DNA from: Mobula hypostoma
Taxonomy: Eukaryota
Reading direction: 5' to 3'
DNA: 64,000 nt
NCBI RefSeq assembly: GCF_963921235.1
Contig: NC_086101.1
Coordinates: 8,186,001-8,250,000, forward strand
Shown here: positions 12,076 to 24,012 of the stretch, piece after piece
Numbering within the stretch: the stretch's first letter is position 1
How the letters are laid out: each line of letters opens with the position of its first letter
Translations under genes and position numbers: made by a program
The notes under the pieces: model-generated
What the model saw: only the letters and a program-made list of their open reading frames with translations
The model's database searches: none
What the model was told of the DNA's origin: nothing

Positions 12076-13379
12076 AGTGGAGTTAACCTTTCAAAAGAAT
12101 ATATTTTAAGGATGGAACCTTAAACTAGTTCTGCAGCATGGTTGGGGGGGTGGGGGGAAAGAGTCTGCACTAGCTCCTAGTGGCGTCTTCCAATAAGAGC
12201 CGTCGGTAGCCGAGAGATGCTTTGGTGTCTCAGTCGATGCCTGACTGTGGAGGCCAGCCTCTGCACTGTCGGGCTGTCTCCATCCATTTACTTAGTCCTT
12301 TGTTTTTTTGTACATGGTAGCAGACAACATCTGCTCTCAGAACTCACCTTATGCCGGGCTCAGCTCCCTCTACCCTCATCACTTCTGTTCCTCACACACC
12401 TCCCCCCACCCCACACCGCCTCCCATGCCAACACCAGACTCTTGGGTCCCATCTGTTAAGTGAATACTGGATGGGGTGTTGGGAGAGGTAGACTGGGGGC
12501 GGAGTGGTTCACTCATTGTTCAGGAGGGAGTCCAGGACGCTGTGATGCCTGGTAAGATGGTGGCATCTTTGGACCCAACTGCCTCTGGGGGCCAACCAAT
12601 CCCATCAGCGCTGCCCTCCAGTGTATGCTCAGTGGAAGGACAAGCTGGATTGCATGTATTTGTACATCTGCACACCGCTGAGAACTACTTGCCTTGCCGA
12701 TGATACCCATGCATAATCAGTTTATAGGATGTGTCACTCAGGGACTTGGACTATTTATATGTTTTGTGTGACTGTGTGTTTACTTACTATTTATACGTGT
12801 CTTGTGCTGTGTATGACAGTGTGTACCTTGGCCCTGGAGGAAAACTGTTTCGTTTGGCTGTATTCATGGGTATTCAGGTATGGTTGAATGACAATTAAAC
12901 CTGAACTTGAACCTGATTGCAGTAACTGGTCCAGTGTGAGGCCAATACAGGCAAACTGTCAGTCGTTAGAGTTGATAGGACAGAGCGAGGGAATCTGCTG
13001 GAGGTGGGGTGAGGAACAGTACTGAGAAGACGGTGGTTTCATGGGGGTTAGATGCAGGAAGCCTGAAGGGGTATTGTGGGAGGGGAAGGGTAGCCATCGA
13101 GTCACACAGCTCCGAGAGTGACCCTTCAGCCCATCGCATTCCAGCCGACCTCTTTGCCCATCCACACTAATCCCATTTGTCCACATTATGGGATATATCA
13201 TTTATGTAATGTCTATTGCCTCTTAAACATAGCAATTATATCTAGTTCCACTACCTCCTCCACCAGTGAGTTGCAACTGTTAAGCACTCTCTGTGAGAAA
13301 CACTAGCCCCTGGATCCACTTGGATTCCATGTGCCCATCAACACTAATCCTGTGGGTGTCTTAGTAAAGTCCATATTGT

Positions 13380-13960
13380 CAATGTCTCCCATCCTAATCG
13401 TTATCGATCTTGTTACCCCATCAAAAGCATTCTGTCAAGTGTATGGGGTGGAATGTCTAGTCAGGCAGCCATACTGATAGTCACTAAGAAGTCCTAATGA
13501 AAGGTCTTGGCCCAAATCATCAATGTTTATTCCTCTCCATAGATGTCACCTCGTTTGCTTCCCTCTTGTTCAATTCCCCTTCTGGACCCATTCTTAACTC
13601 GTCTCTTCACTTGCCTATATCTCTGCCTTGTGCCATTCATCCTTCCCTTTCTAACCTCTCCTATCAGATTCCTTCTTTTCTATCCCTTTACCCTTTCCTC
13701 CTATCACCTCCCAGCTTCTCACTTCATCACCCTCCCTCGTCCACCTTCCCACCTGTCACCGTGTAGCTTGTACTCCTTCCCCACCTCCAATCTTCTTATT
13801 TTGGCACCTTCCCCCTTCCTTTCTAGTCCTGAAGAAGGGTCTCAGTCCCAAACATCAACTGATTATTCATTTCCATGGATGCTGCCTGACCTGCTGAGTT
13901 CCTCTAGCATTTTGTGTGTGGTGCTCTGGATTTCCAGCATCTGCAGAACCTCTTGTGTTA
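13380..13960 (+). mobile_element. Decayed Penelope 3' region with two tandem terminal-repeat/hammerhead remnants (~13490-13530, ~13824-13862)
   Basis: Pyrimidine-rich 3' region, AGTCCTGAAGAAGGGTCTCAGTCCCAAACATCAACTG and the GATGCTGCCTGACCTGCTGAGTTCC motif. Confidence 0.7.
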
Positions 13961-15674
13961 CTAATGTGGCCAGTGTGCTACCCTGTTTTTCCAGTTTATA
14001 TCACTGTAAAATGCACATTTTTAGAGAACACTCTTACCATCTCCAGTCAATTCCCTACAGCTTGTGTAAAGCACGCTGGCCAGCAGTTCATGTCATTATC
14101 CCTCTGGGATGGTTTCTAAGGCAGAGTTTCACAACTTTGTTAATGCCATGACCAATACCATTAAATATGGGGTCCATGGACCCAAAGTTGGGACTATCAG
14201 CTCCATTCTCCTGATAACTCGCCTGTGGTGAAGGAAGATCCAGTAGGGCCCCAGCAATCTCCGGGATGCATGGGAGGTTTACCAGGATGCTACCTAGATT
14301 AGAGAGCATGTCTTAGGAGGAAAGGTTGAGTGAGCTTCCCCTTTGGGGTGAAGGAGGGTAAGAGGTGACTTGGTAGAGATGTACAAGATGATAAGAGGCA
14401 TAAATTGAGTGGACAGCCAGAGACATTTTCCCAGGGTGGAAATGGGTAAACCAAAGGGGCATTATTTTAAGGTGTTTGAAAGAAAGTACAGGGGGACATC
14501 AGATGTCATATTTTCAAAGGCGGTGAGTGATAGGTGACCAGAACTCGCTGCCAGGGATTGTGGTAGAAGCAGATACATTAGAGGGATTAAGAAGACTCAT
14601 GGATGAAAGAAAAATGGAGGGCTATGTGGGATGGAAACTTAGATTGATCTTGGAGAAGGCTAAAGGTTCCATAAGACCAGAAGTCCATTAGACAAGGGAG
14701 CACAATCAGGCCATTCAGCCCATCAAGTCTGTTCTGCCATTCCATTATGGCTGATCCCAGATCCCATTCCAACCCATATACCTACCTTTTTGCCATATCC
14801 TTTGGTGCTCTGACTGATCAGGAAACAATCAACTTCCGCCTTAAATATATGCATGGCCTCGGCCTCCACCACAGTCTGTGGCAGAGAATCCCACAGATTC
14901 ATTATCTCTGGCTAAAAAAAAATCCTCCTTACCTCTGTTCTAAAGGGTCGCCCCACAATTCTTGAGGCTGTGCCCTCCAGTTCTGGATACCGCCACCATA
15001 AGAAACATCCTCTCCACGTCAACCCGATCTGGTGTTTTCAACATTTGGTAGGTTTCAACGAGATCCCCCCACCTTCTTCTAAATTCCGTTGAGTTCAGTC
15101 CCAAAGCTGCCAAACGATCCTAATATGTCAACCCTTTCTTCCCCGGAATCATCCTCATGAACCTCCTTTGGGCTCTCTCTTGTCTGAGATATGGGGCCCA
15201 AAACTGTTGATAATACTCAAAGTGTGGCCTGTCTAATGTCTTATAAAGGCTCAGCATTATCTCCTTGTTTTTATATTCTATTCCTCTTGAAATAAATGAC
15301 AACATTGCATTTGCTTTCTTTACCACAGACTCAACCTGTAAATTAACCTTCTGGGAGTCTTGCATGAGGATTCCTAAGTCCCTCTCCACCTCTGATGTTT
15401 GAACCTTCTCCCCATTTAGATAATAGTCTGCACTATTGTTCCTTTTACCAAAATCCAATATCATACCTTTCCCAACCCTGCTTTCCATCTGTCACTTTTT
15501 GCCCATTCTTCCAATTTGTCTAAGTTCTGCTGCAATCACATTGTTTCCTCAACACTACTTACCCCTCCACGTACCTTCGCATCATCTGCAAATTTTGCCA
15601 CAAAGCCAACAATTCCAACATATCAAAGTTGCTGGTGAACGCAGCAGGCCAGGCAGCATCTATAGGAAGAGGTG

Positions 15675-15712
15675 CAGTCGACGTTTCAGGCCGAGACCCT
15701 TCGTCAGGACTA
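15675..15712 (-). ncRNA. Minimal hammerhead ribozyme motif (left arm of palindrome)
   Basis: Reverse complement of 15757-15794. Confidence 0.7.
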
Positions 15713-15756
15713 ACTGAAGGAAGAGTGAGTAAGGGCTTACTCACTCTTCCTTCAGT

Positions 15757-15794
15757 TAGTCCTGACGAAGGGTCTCGGCCTGAAACGTCGACTG
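15757..15794 (+). ncRNA. Minimal hammerhead ribozyme motif (right arm of palindrome); predicted cleavage after GUC at 15789
   Basis: UAGUC-CUGACGA-A-GGGU CUCG GCCU-GAAA-CGUC-GACUG: stem I, catalytic core, stem II, and palindromic ACGU in place of stem III. Confidence 0.7.
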
Positions 15795-17818
15795 CACCTC
15801 TCCCTATAGATGCTGCCTGGCCTGCTGCGTTCACCAGCAACTTTGATGTGTGTTGCTTGAATTTCCAGCATCTGCAGAATTCCTGTTGTTTGCGTTTAAA
15901 TTCCAACATATGATCATTGATAAACAATGTGAAAAGCAGCAGTCCCAATACCTGAGGAACATCACTAGTCACCAGCAGCCAATCAGAAAAGGCCCTTTTT
16001 ATTCTCACTCGTGCCTCCTGCCTGTCAGATATTCTTCTATCCATGCCAGTATCTTTCCTGTAATGCCATAGAATTTTATCTTGTTAAGCAGCGTCATGTG
16101 TGGCACCTTATAAAATGCCTTTTGAAAATCCAAATAAATGACATCCCCTGCCTCTCCTTTGTCCACTCTGCTTGTTACTTCTTCGACAAGATCTAACAGA
16201 TTTGTGAGGCAATATTTCTCTTCACAGAAACCACTCTGACTTTGACTTATTTTATCATTAGCCTCAAAGTACCCTGAAACCTTATCCTTAGTAATAGACT
16301 CCAACACTTTCCCAACTCACTGAGATTAGGCCAATTGACCTATAATTTCCTTGATTTTGCCTTCCTCCCTCCTTAAAGGGTGGAGCGACATTTGCAATCT
16401 TCTTGTCCTCCAGGACCATGCTAGAATCAAGTGATTCTTGAAAGTTCATGACCAACGCATCCGTTATCTCTTCAGCAACCTCTCTCAGGACTCTGGGATG
16501 TAGTCTACCTGGTTCAGGTGACTTATTCACCTTAAGACCTTTGAGTTTGCCCAGCACTTTTACCTTTGTAAAGGTAATGGTACTCACTCCTGCTCCCTGA
16601 CACTCAGACCTCTGGCACACTGCTAGTGTCTTCCACAGTGAAGGCAGATGCAAAATGCCCATTACGTTCATCTGCCATTTCTTCATCCCCCATTACTAAC
16701 TCACCAGCATTATTTTCCAGTGGTCCAATATCAACTCTCACCTTCCTTTTACTCATTGTATAAATTAAAAGAAAACTTTTGGTAATCCTGCTTTATATTA
16801 TTAGCTAGTAAGTCCTCATATTTATTATTTTCCCTTCTTACCATTTCTTAAGTTGTCTTTTGTTGGATTTTAAAAGCTCCCCAATTATCCAACTTCCAAC
16901 TCCCTTTGGCTTTTATGTAGTCCTTAACTTCCTTTGTCAGTCACAGTTGCCTACCCCTGCCATTTGAGAATTTCTTCCTCTGTGGGACATATCTATCCTG
17001 TGCCTTGTGAACTATTCCCAAAAATTTCAGCCATCTCTGCTCTGTTGTTAAACCCAGCCAGTATCCTCCTCCAATCCACCTGGGCAAGCTCCTCTCTCAT
17101 GCCTCTGTAATTCCCTTTATTCCAATGTGATACAGATGCATGTGAGTTATGCTTTTCCCTCTCAAATTGCAGCATGAATTCAATCAAATTACGATCATTG
17201 CCTCCTAAGGGCTCGTTTACATTAAGCTCCCTGGGTTACTACACAACAGCCAAACTAAGAAATCCTTTCTTCGTGTAGGCTCAAGCACAAGCTGCTCTAA
17301 AAAGCCATCTTGGAGGCATTCAGCAAATTCCTTCTTGTGATCCGACTCCAACCTGATTTTCCCATTCCCCTTGCATATTGAATTCCCCCATTACAACTGT
17401 TTCATTACCTTTATTACATCCCCTTTCCGGCTCCCTTTGCAACCTCCCACATCTTGGCTACTATTTGGAGCTCTATATTTGATTCCCATGATGGTTTTTT
17501 AGACTTGCAATTTCTTAACTCCACCCAGAAAGATTCAACAGTCTCTGACCCTGTGTCACCTCTTTCTAAAGATGTAATTCCATCTCTTACAAGAACCACA
17601 CCACAGCCCAAGCCTTCCTGCCTGTCCCTTCGATACAAGGTATATCCTTCGATGTTAAGCTCCCAAATATGACCCAGTGATGCCCGCAATGTCATACCGA
17701 CCAATCCCTAATTGCCATACTGTGCTGTCGTGTTCTGTGTTCAATGCCCTCCCAGGAATGGATCTGGGGTGTCTCTTCGGGGTTGGATCTCTACCAGACA
17801 TTGAGAATTTATCCTCTT

Positions 17819-17824
17819 TTTATT
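17819..17824 (-). promoter_or_regulatory. Candidate polyadenylation signal (AATAAA) of the RGS3-like gene, giving a ~1.45-kb 3'UTR
   Basis: Minus-strand AATAAA at the far end of the mostly unique stretch after the stop codon, just before a CR1 block starts. Confidence 0.45.
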
Positions 17825-18913
17825 CTTTCTGAGACATAAAACACCTCCATCTTGTTAATACTTACACTCTCCAGAATATTCTCCCAGGTCTGCCTTAAGA
17901 AGATGGTGTCTGGGCAAGGAACAAGAGAGAGAGGGGGAAAGCCTTGGGAAGCACTCTTGAAAGATAGGAGCGTTCACAGAGAGACCCCCGGAATTCTTGG
18001 TTGCAGGCTTCGAGGAGGAACATCTCAGGATGGTGATGACAGTCATATAGAAGAAAAACAGGCCCTTCAGTCCATCATGTCTGTGGCAATCAACCAGTAG
18101 TTTTTGCAGTTCAGAGAATCTCCAGTCCAGGCATAGGGAACTCAACAACATGCGTGGTCTAAGGACAGACCACCAAACTGCCTGCCTACTCCCACCCCTT
18201 CTGGGATTCCACATTGGCCTCATTTGTCACCTCGGTTTACAGAGAACCGGAGAGGGAAGCAAACGCCCGCCATCTCCCTCCCTGTCCACTAAACCACCCA
18301 CCTTGCAATAAGCAAGCCACACTTCAGCCCAGTGAGGCATTGTGTTCCCTCTGCTCTCCCTTCCAGCATCAGAAATCCCAGATCCTAGATTGTCATGTGA
18401 GGGGATGAAGATGCTCCAGCAAATCGGAGGGTGATCATGGTGGGTGAGTAGTGGGATCGGGGTATGTTCCATACAGGATCTGGAAGTAGTCCGTCAATGT
18501 TGTGCCTCAAACACTGATTTTTAGCTTCATAGGGAAGGTTTTGGAAACCTAGTGGGGAGTTTGGGGTCAGGTTAGGGTTTAGGGACAGGGATGGGGGGGC
18601 GAATTAGAGGTCGGGGGGGTAGTAAAGGAAGAGTCGGGGGAAGGAGCCATTGATGAAGGTCTAGGTCAGATTGTCAGCAACACTGGCAGGAATTGAGAAT
18701 GAAGACAGTGATCCCCAAGGTGGGTGAGTCCTGGAGTCAGAGGTCCACGTGACTTCGGAGATCAAAGTCCCACAACCGGCAAGTCCTGAGGTTCAGTGAG
18801 CACCGAGCTCGGTCCAAAGTTCGAAGACCAGAGACGGCGGGCCTCTTGTCTGGGGCTTTGAGAGTCAAGGGACTGGGGGGAGGCCCGGAGCGGCCCGCCC
18901 TGGGGTTGGAGGG

Positions 18914-18914
<1 letters not shown>

Positions 18915-18946
<32 letters not shown>
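18915..18946 (+). repeat. (TG)n microsatellite in the putative 3'UTR
   Basis: Direct reading. Other CA/TG runs at 36628-37010, 42517-42595 and 51705-51740. Confidence 0.9.
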
Positions 18947-18948
<2 letters not shown>

Positions 18949-19249
18949 TGGGTGAGAGGGAAGGAAGGGGCTTGTTTTGCTGCCATTGCTGCTGCTGTTG
19001 TTGTTGCCTGTGTTGGTCTGCAGAACGTTGTGGGACATGCTACATTGGCACCAGACTGTACGGCGACACTTGTGGGCTGCCCCCTGCACATCCTTAGCTG
19101 TTTCAGTTGTTAATGCAAACGGTGCATTTTACTGTACGTTTCGATGTACGTGCTCAATAAATAAACGAAGCTCAAGCTGAGGGCGGGAGCTGGGGTCTCC
19201 AGTCCCGGCCGGCCATGACCCCACTCCCCCGACCCCCCGCTGACTCTGC

Positions 19250-19435
19250 CTACGCCAGGCCGTTGAGCTGCCTGGGATTGGCCAGCCTCTGGTACAGCTC
19301 AGAGCGCAGGAAGCGAGGGTAGGAGTCGGCCTCCATCAAGCTGAAGATCCGCTTCTGGGCCAGGTCGAAGGTCGAGCGGCTGGGGCTCAGGACGCTGATG
19401 GAGGTGGCGTCCCGCGTGGAGGAGTCCAGGTTGAC
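19250..19435 (-). CDS. RGS3: RGS3-like last coding exon: VNLDSSTRD...[39 protein letters not shown]
   Basis: Acceptor ccccgttccag|GTC, RGS motifs VNLD and FDxAQxRIFxLMExDSYPRFL, TAG stop at 19250-19252. Confidence 0.95.
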   Translation of the reverse strand, partial: VNLDSSTRDATSISVLSPSRSTFDLAQKRIFSLMEADSYPRFLRSELYQRLANPRQLNGLA

Positions 19436-19837
19436 CTGGAACGGGGAGAGAGTTAGACAGGGAATGCGATCAGTTCGGTCAGGCAGCGAGCCTCGGCTTC
19501 CCTCCCCCCTCAACGCCATCCCCTCGCATACTGTCAGTGGCTGGGGAGCAGGTGATCAGAGAGAGGGGGAACAGAGGGAGAAAGGAAGCACAAAAATAAG
19601 GCAGGAGGAGGAGAGGGATAAGGAAGGAAGTGGATGGAGAGGTAGTAAGCCAAGGAGGAGTAGAGAGGAGGAAGAGGCTGATAGAAAGAGGATAGGAGGA
19701 GAGAGACTGGAGAATGGGAAAGACTGGAGGGATAGGGAAGCCATTGGAGGGAGAGGGATAAAAAGTGCAAATGAGTCAGAAGCAAGGGAAAGCGGAAGGT
19801 AGAGAGGCAATGTCGACGTGAGTGAGGGAATGAGAAA

Positions 19838-20900
19838 ATGGGGCCGGGAGTGAGGGGAAGGGGGACGAGAATGAGGGGAAGGGGAACAGGAGTGAGGGGA
19901 TGGGGTGGGAGAGAGGGGAAGGGGACGGGGGTGAGGGGAAGAGGAACAGGAGTGAGGGGATGGGGTGGGAGAGAGGGGAAAGGGACAGGAGTGAGGGGAA
20001 GGGGAATGGGAGAGAGGGGAAGGGGAACAGGAGTGAGGGGATGGGGTGGGGAGAGGGGAAGGGGACGGGGGTGAGGGGAAGGGGGTGGGAGAGAGGGGAA
20101 GGGGCGGGAGAGAGGGGAAGGGGACGGGAGAGAGGAGAAGGGGAACGGGAGAGAGGGGAAGGAGGCGGGAGAGAGGGAAAGGGGGTGGGAGAGAGGGGAA
20201 GGGGGCGGGAGAGAGGGGAAGGGGGCGGGAGTGAGCGGAAGGGGACGGGAGTGAGGGGAAGGAGGCAGGAGAGAGGAGAAGGGGAACGGGAGAGAGGGGA
20301 AGGAGGCGGGAGAGAGGGGAAGGGGGCGGGAGTGAGCGGAAGGGGGCGGGAGAGAGGGGAAGGGGACGGGAGTGAGGGGAAGGGGACGGGAGTGAGGGGA
20401 AGGAGGCGGGAGAGAGGGGAAGGGGGCGGGAGTGAGGGGAAGGGGCGGGAGTGAGGGGAAGGGGGCGGGAGTGAGGGGAAGGGGCGGGAGTGAGGGGAAG
20501 GGGACGGGAGTGAAGGGAAGGGGGCGGGAGTGAAGGGAAGGGGGCGGGAGTGAGGGGAAGGAGACGGGAGAGAGGGGAAGGGGACGGGAGTGAGGGGAAG
20601 GGGCGGGAGTGAAGGGAAGGGGGCGGGAGTGAGGGGAAGGGGGCGGGAGAGAAGGGAAGGGGGCGGGAGTGAGCGGAAGGTGGGCAGGAGAGAGGGGAAG
20701 GGGCAGGAGAGAGAGGAAGGGGCGGGAGAGAGGGGAAGGGGACGGGAGTGAGGGGAAGGGGGCAGGAGTGAGCGGAAGGGGGCGGGAGTGAGGGGAAGGT
20801 GGGCAGGAGAGAGGGGAAGGTGGGCAGGAGAGAGGGGAAGGGGGCAGGAGAGAGGGGAAGGGGCAGGAGAGAGGGGAAGGGGCAGGAGAGAGGAGAAGGA
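19838..20900 (+). repeat. G-rich ~19-20-bp minisatellite (GGGAG[T/A]GAGGGGAAGGGGGC) inside a purine tract 19560-21170
   Basis: Direct reading. Confidence 0.92.
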
Positions 20901-21949
20901 GATGGGAATGAGGAATAAAGGAGGGGAGGGCAGTGAAGGAAATGGGAAGGAAGTGAGGGAAAGGGCACAGGAGTGACAGAAAGTAGACAGGAGTGAGGAG
21001 TATTAGAAAGGGGAGGGGAGTGTGGGAAAGGGGAGGTGAGGGGAGTGAAGGAAAGCAGAAGGGAGTGAAGTAATTTGGACAGGAATATGGAATATAGGAG
21101 GGGAGAGAGGGAATAGTCATGGCAGTGAGGAATAAGGGAGGGGAGTGAGGGAAAATGGAGGGGAGTGAGGGATTATTCTATGCAAGTTATCCATCTGACT
21201 GTGTGTGAATTCACCAGTCCACCATTGGGGACCATGCTGTCAGTTCCCTGGCTTGCAAAGTTGCTCCAACCTCTCTGTCCTCCAACTTCCTCCTGAAAGT
21301 CTCCACCATGGACAAAGCTTCTGGGCTCTCCTGGAAACCATGATTTAGCCGTGGTTTTAATCCCACTGAGCATCGTGAATGGCTGTGATGCTCCACTTCC
21401 AGATCAGCTCAATGCCCTTCATCAATGTAATTTTTGCAAGGCACTACAGCGGCTATATTTCATTAGGAGTTTGAGGATATTTGGCTTGTCAGAAAAGACT
21501 CTAGCAGATTTCTACAGTCGTACCGTGCACAGCATTCTAACTCTCTGCCTCACTGTCTGGTCTGGAGGGGCCCCTGCACAGGATCGGAAAGTTGTAAACT
21601 CAGCCAGCTCCATCATGGACACTAGCCTCCCCAGCTTCGAGGGCACCTTCAGTAGGTGGTGTCCATCAGTAAGGGTCTCCCATCACCCAGGACATGCCCT
21701 CTGCACAAGGCTTCTATCAGGGATGAGGTACAGGAGCCTGAAGACACACACTGAACGTTTCAGGAGCAGATTCTTCCCCTGTCATCCAATTTCTGAATGG
21801 ACAATGAACCCATGTACACTACCTCACTATGTTTTTACTTTATTAAAACTTATTTTTGCACTATTTTGTTTAATTTTGTACACATTTCTTATTGTAATTT
21901 ACAGTATCATTATGTTTTGCAATGTACTGCTGTTGTAAAAGGTGACATA

Positions 21950-23340
21950 TAGACAATAGGTGCAGGAGTAGGCCATTCAGCCCTTCCAGCCAGCACCGCC
22001 ATTCACTGTGATCATGGCTGATCATCCACAATCAGTACCCTGTTCCTGCCTTCTCCCCATACCCCTTCACTCCGCTATCTTTAAGAGCTCTATCTAACTC
22101 TCTTTCGAAAGCATCCAGAGAATTGGCCTCCACTGCCTTCTGAGGCAGAGCATTCCACAGAACCACAACCCTCTGTGTGAAAAAGTTTTTCCTCAACTCC
22201 GTTCTAAATTGTCTACCCCTTATTCTCAAACTGTGGCCTCTGGTTCTGGACTCCCCCAACATCGGGAACATGTTTCCTGCCTCTAGCGTGTCCAATCCCA
22301 TAATAATCTTATATGTTTCAATCAGATCCCCTCTCATCCTTCTAAATTCCAGTGTATACAATCCCAGTCGCCCCAATCTTTCAATATATGACAGCCCTGC
22401 CATCCCAGGGATTAACCTCGTGAACCTACGCTGCACTCCCTCAATAGTTAGAATGTCCTTCCTCAAATTTCGAGACCAAAACTGTACACAATATTCCAGG
22501 TGTGGTCTCACCAGGGCCTTGTACAAATGCAGAAGGACCTCTTTGCTCCTATACTTAACTCCCGTTGTTATGAAGGTCAGCATGCCATTAGCTTTCTTTC
22601 ACTGCCTATTGTACCTGCGTGCTTACTTTCAGTGACTGATGAACAAGGACACCTAGATTTCATTGTACTTCCCCTTTTCCTAACTTGACACCAGTCAGAT
22701 AGTAATCTGCCTTCCTGTTCTTGCCACCAAAGTGGATAACCTCACATTTATCCACATTAGACTGCATCTGCCATGCATCTGCCCACTCACCCAGCCTGTC
22801 CAAGTCACCCTGCATTATCTCAACATCCTCCGCACATTTTACACTGCCACCCAGCTTTGTGTCATCGGCAAATTTGCTAATGTTACTTTTAATCCCTTCA
22901 TCTAAATCATTAATGTATATTGTAAATAGCTGCGGTCCCAGCACCGAGCCTTGCGGTACCCCACTAGTCACTGCCTGCCATTCTGAAAAGGATCAATTAA
23001 TCCCTACTCTTTGTTTCCTGTCTGCCAACCAATTTTCTATCCATGTCAGTACCCTACCCCCAATACCATTTGCTCTAATTTTGCACACTAACCTCCTATG
23101 TAGGACCCGATCAAAGGCTTTCTGAAAGTCCAGGTACACTACATCCACTGGCTTTCTCATGTCCAGTTTCATAGTTACATCCTCAAAAAATTCCAGAAGA
23201 TTAGTCAAGCACAATTTTCCCTTCGTAAATCCAGGCTGACTCGGACTAATCCCGTTACTACTATCCAGATGTGTCATAATTTCATCTTTTATAATTGACT
23301 CCAGCATCTTCCCCACCACTGATGTCAGACTAACTGGTCG
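21950..23340 (-). mobile_element. CR1 LINE, 5'-truncated, ATTGTCT tail
   Basis: ORFs 22032-22583, 22660-22971 and 22993-23358 carry CR1 RT motifs. Confidence 0.92.
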
Positions 23341-23550
23341 ATATGCCAGTGGTATCAAACCTGATTCTGATTGTGATTTTGGTGCCTCCCTGAACTCCCT
23401 GAAAGATGACTGCTGAGGCAGAGTCAGAGGAAGTGAGGGTGTATCTGATGGTAGTCCCCATGATGACCCTCACTCCCTCTCAGCAGCTTGGCCAATGTGG
23501 ACCCTGATCTTGTTGGCACAGCTGCCATGTTTCCTGCCCCCTGCCCTTAC

Positions 23551-23717
23551 CTCTCGGGGAGCGTGGGTGGTGATGAACTCGGTGAAGATCTTCCTGGCCT
23601 TGGAGGCAAGTTTGCCCGAGGACTTGGTGTTCCTGTAGTCCTCGCAGGCCTGCCAGAAATCGAGGTTCTCCTCGCTGAATTCGGTGTGCAGGAAGCCCTT
23701 GAAAGCGACAAGCCCGT
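23551..23717 (-). CDS. RGS3: RGS3-like exon (167 nt): [55 protein letters not shown]
   Basis: Acceptor cccacacag|AC and donor GAG|gtaagg, phase 1/0. Contains the canonical RGS motif EFSEENxxFWxACE. Confidence 0.95.
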
Positions 23718-24012
23718 CTGTGTGGGCAGGAGTAGAGAGGAGAATGCTAGACATAGAAGCAAGAGGCCATGAGCCCCGTCATACCAGTCCTGCCCTTTAA
23801 CTTGGGCTTACACAGAATTCCCTCGGCTTGTAAATCCTCAGCATTTGTAAAACCATTCCCCACCTTTTCCTCTCCCTCTTTTGCCTGTCTGAACCACATA
23901 GAGTCGCAAAACTCTACCGCACAGAAACAGGCTATTCGACCCATCTAGTCCATGCTATTCCCATCTGGACCACAGCCTCCCATGAACGTACTTATCCAAA
24001 CTGATCTTAAAT

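Larger units (their letters stand above)
15624..15898. mobile_element. Penelope terminal-repeat-only insertion arranged as an inverted pair
   Basis: Arms ~15618-15733 and 15736-15851 with two mismatches. 13-bp TSD AATTCCAACATAT at 15611-15623 and 15899-15911, inside a CR1. Confidence 0.88.
14670..17720 (-). mobile_element. Long decayed CR1 LINE, from the APE endonuclease through RT to the 3' tail
   Basis: ELNIEGYTLYRRDR...ESFWVELRN (endonuclease), LKVNKSPEPGRLHPRVLRE, DFQKAF and RPHFEY. Confidence 0.9.

Noticed and set aside
19534..21120. 470-528 aa Pro/Ser/Leu-rich ORFs
   Set aside because: Translation of a C-rich minisatellite inside the last intron.
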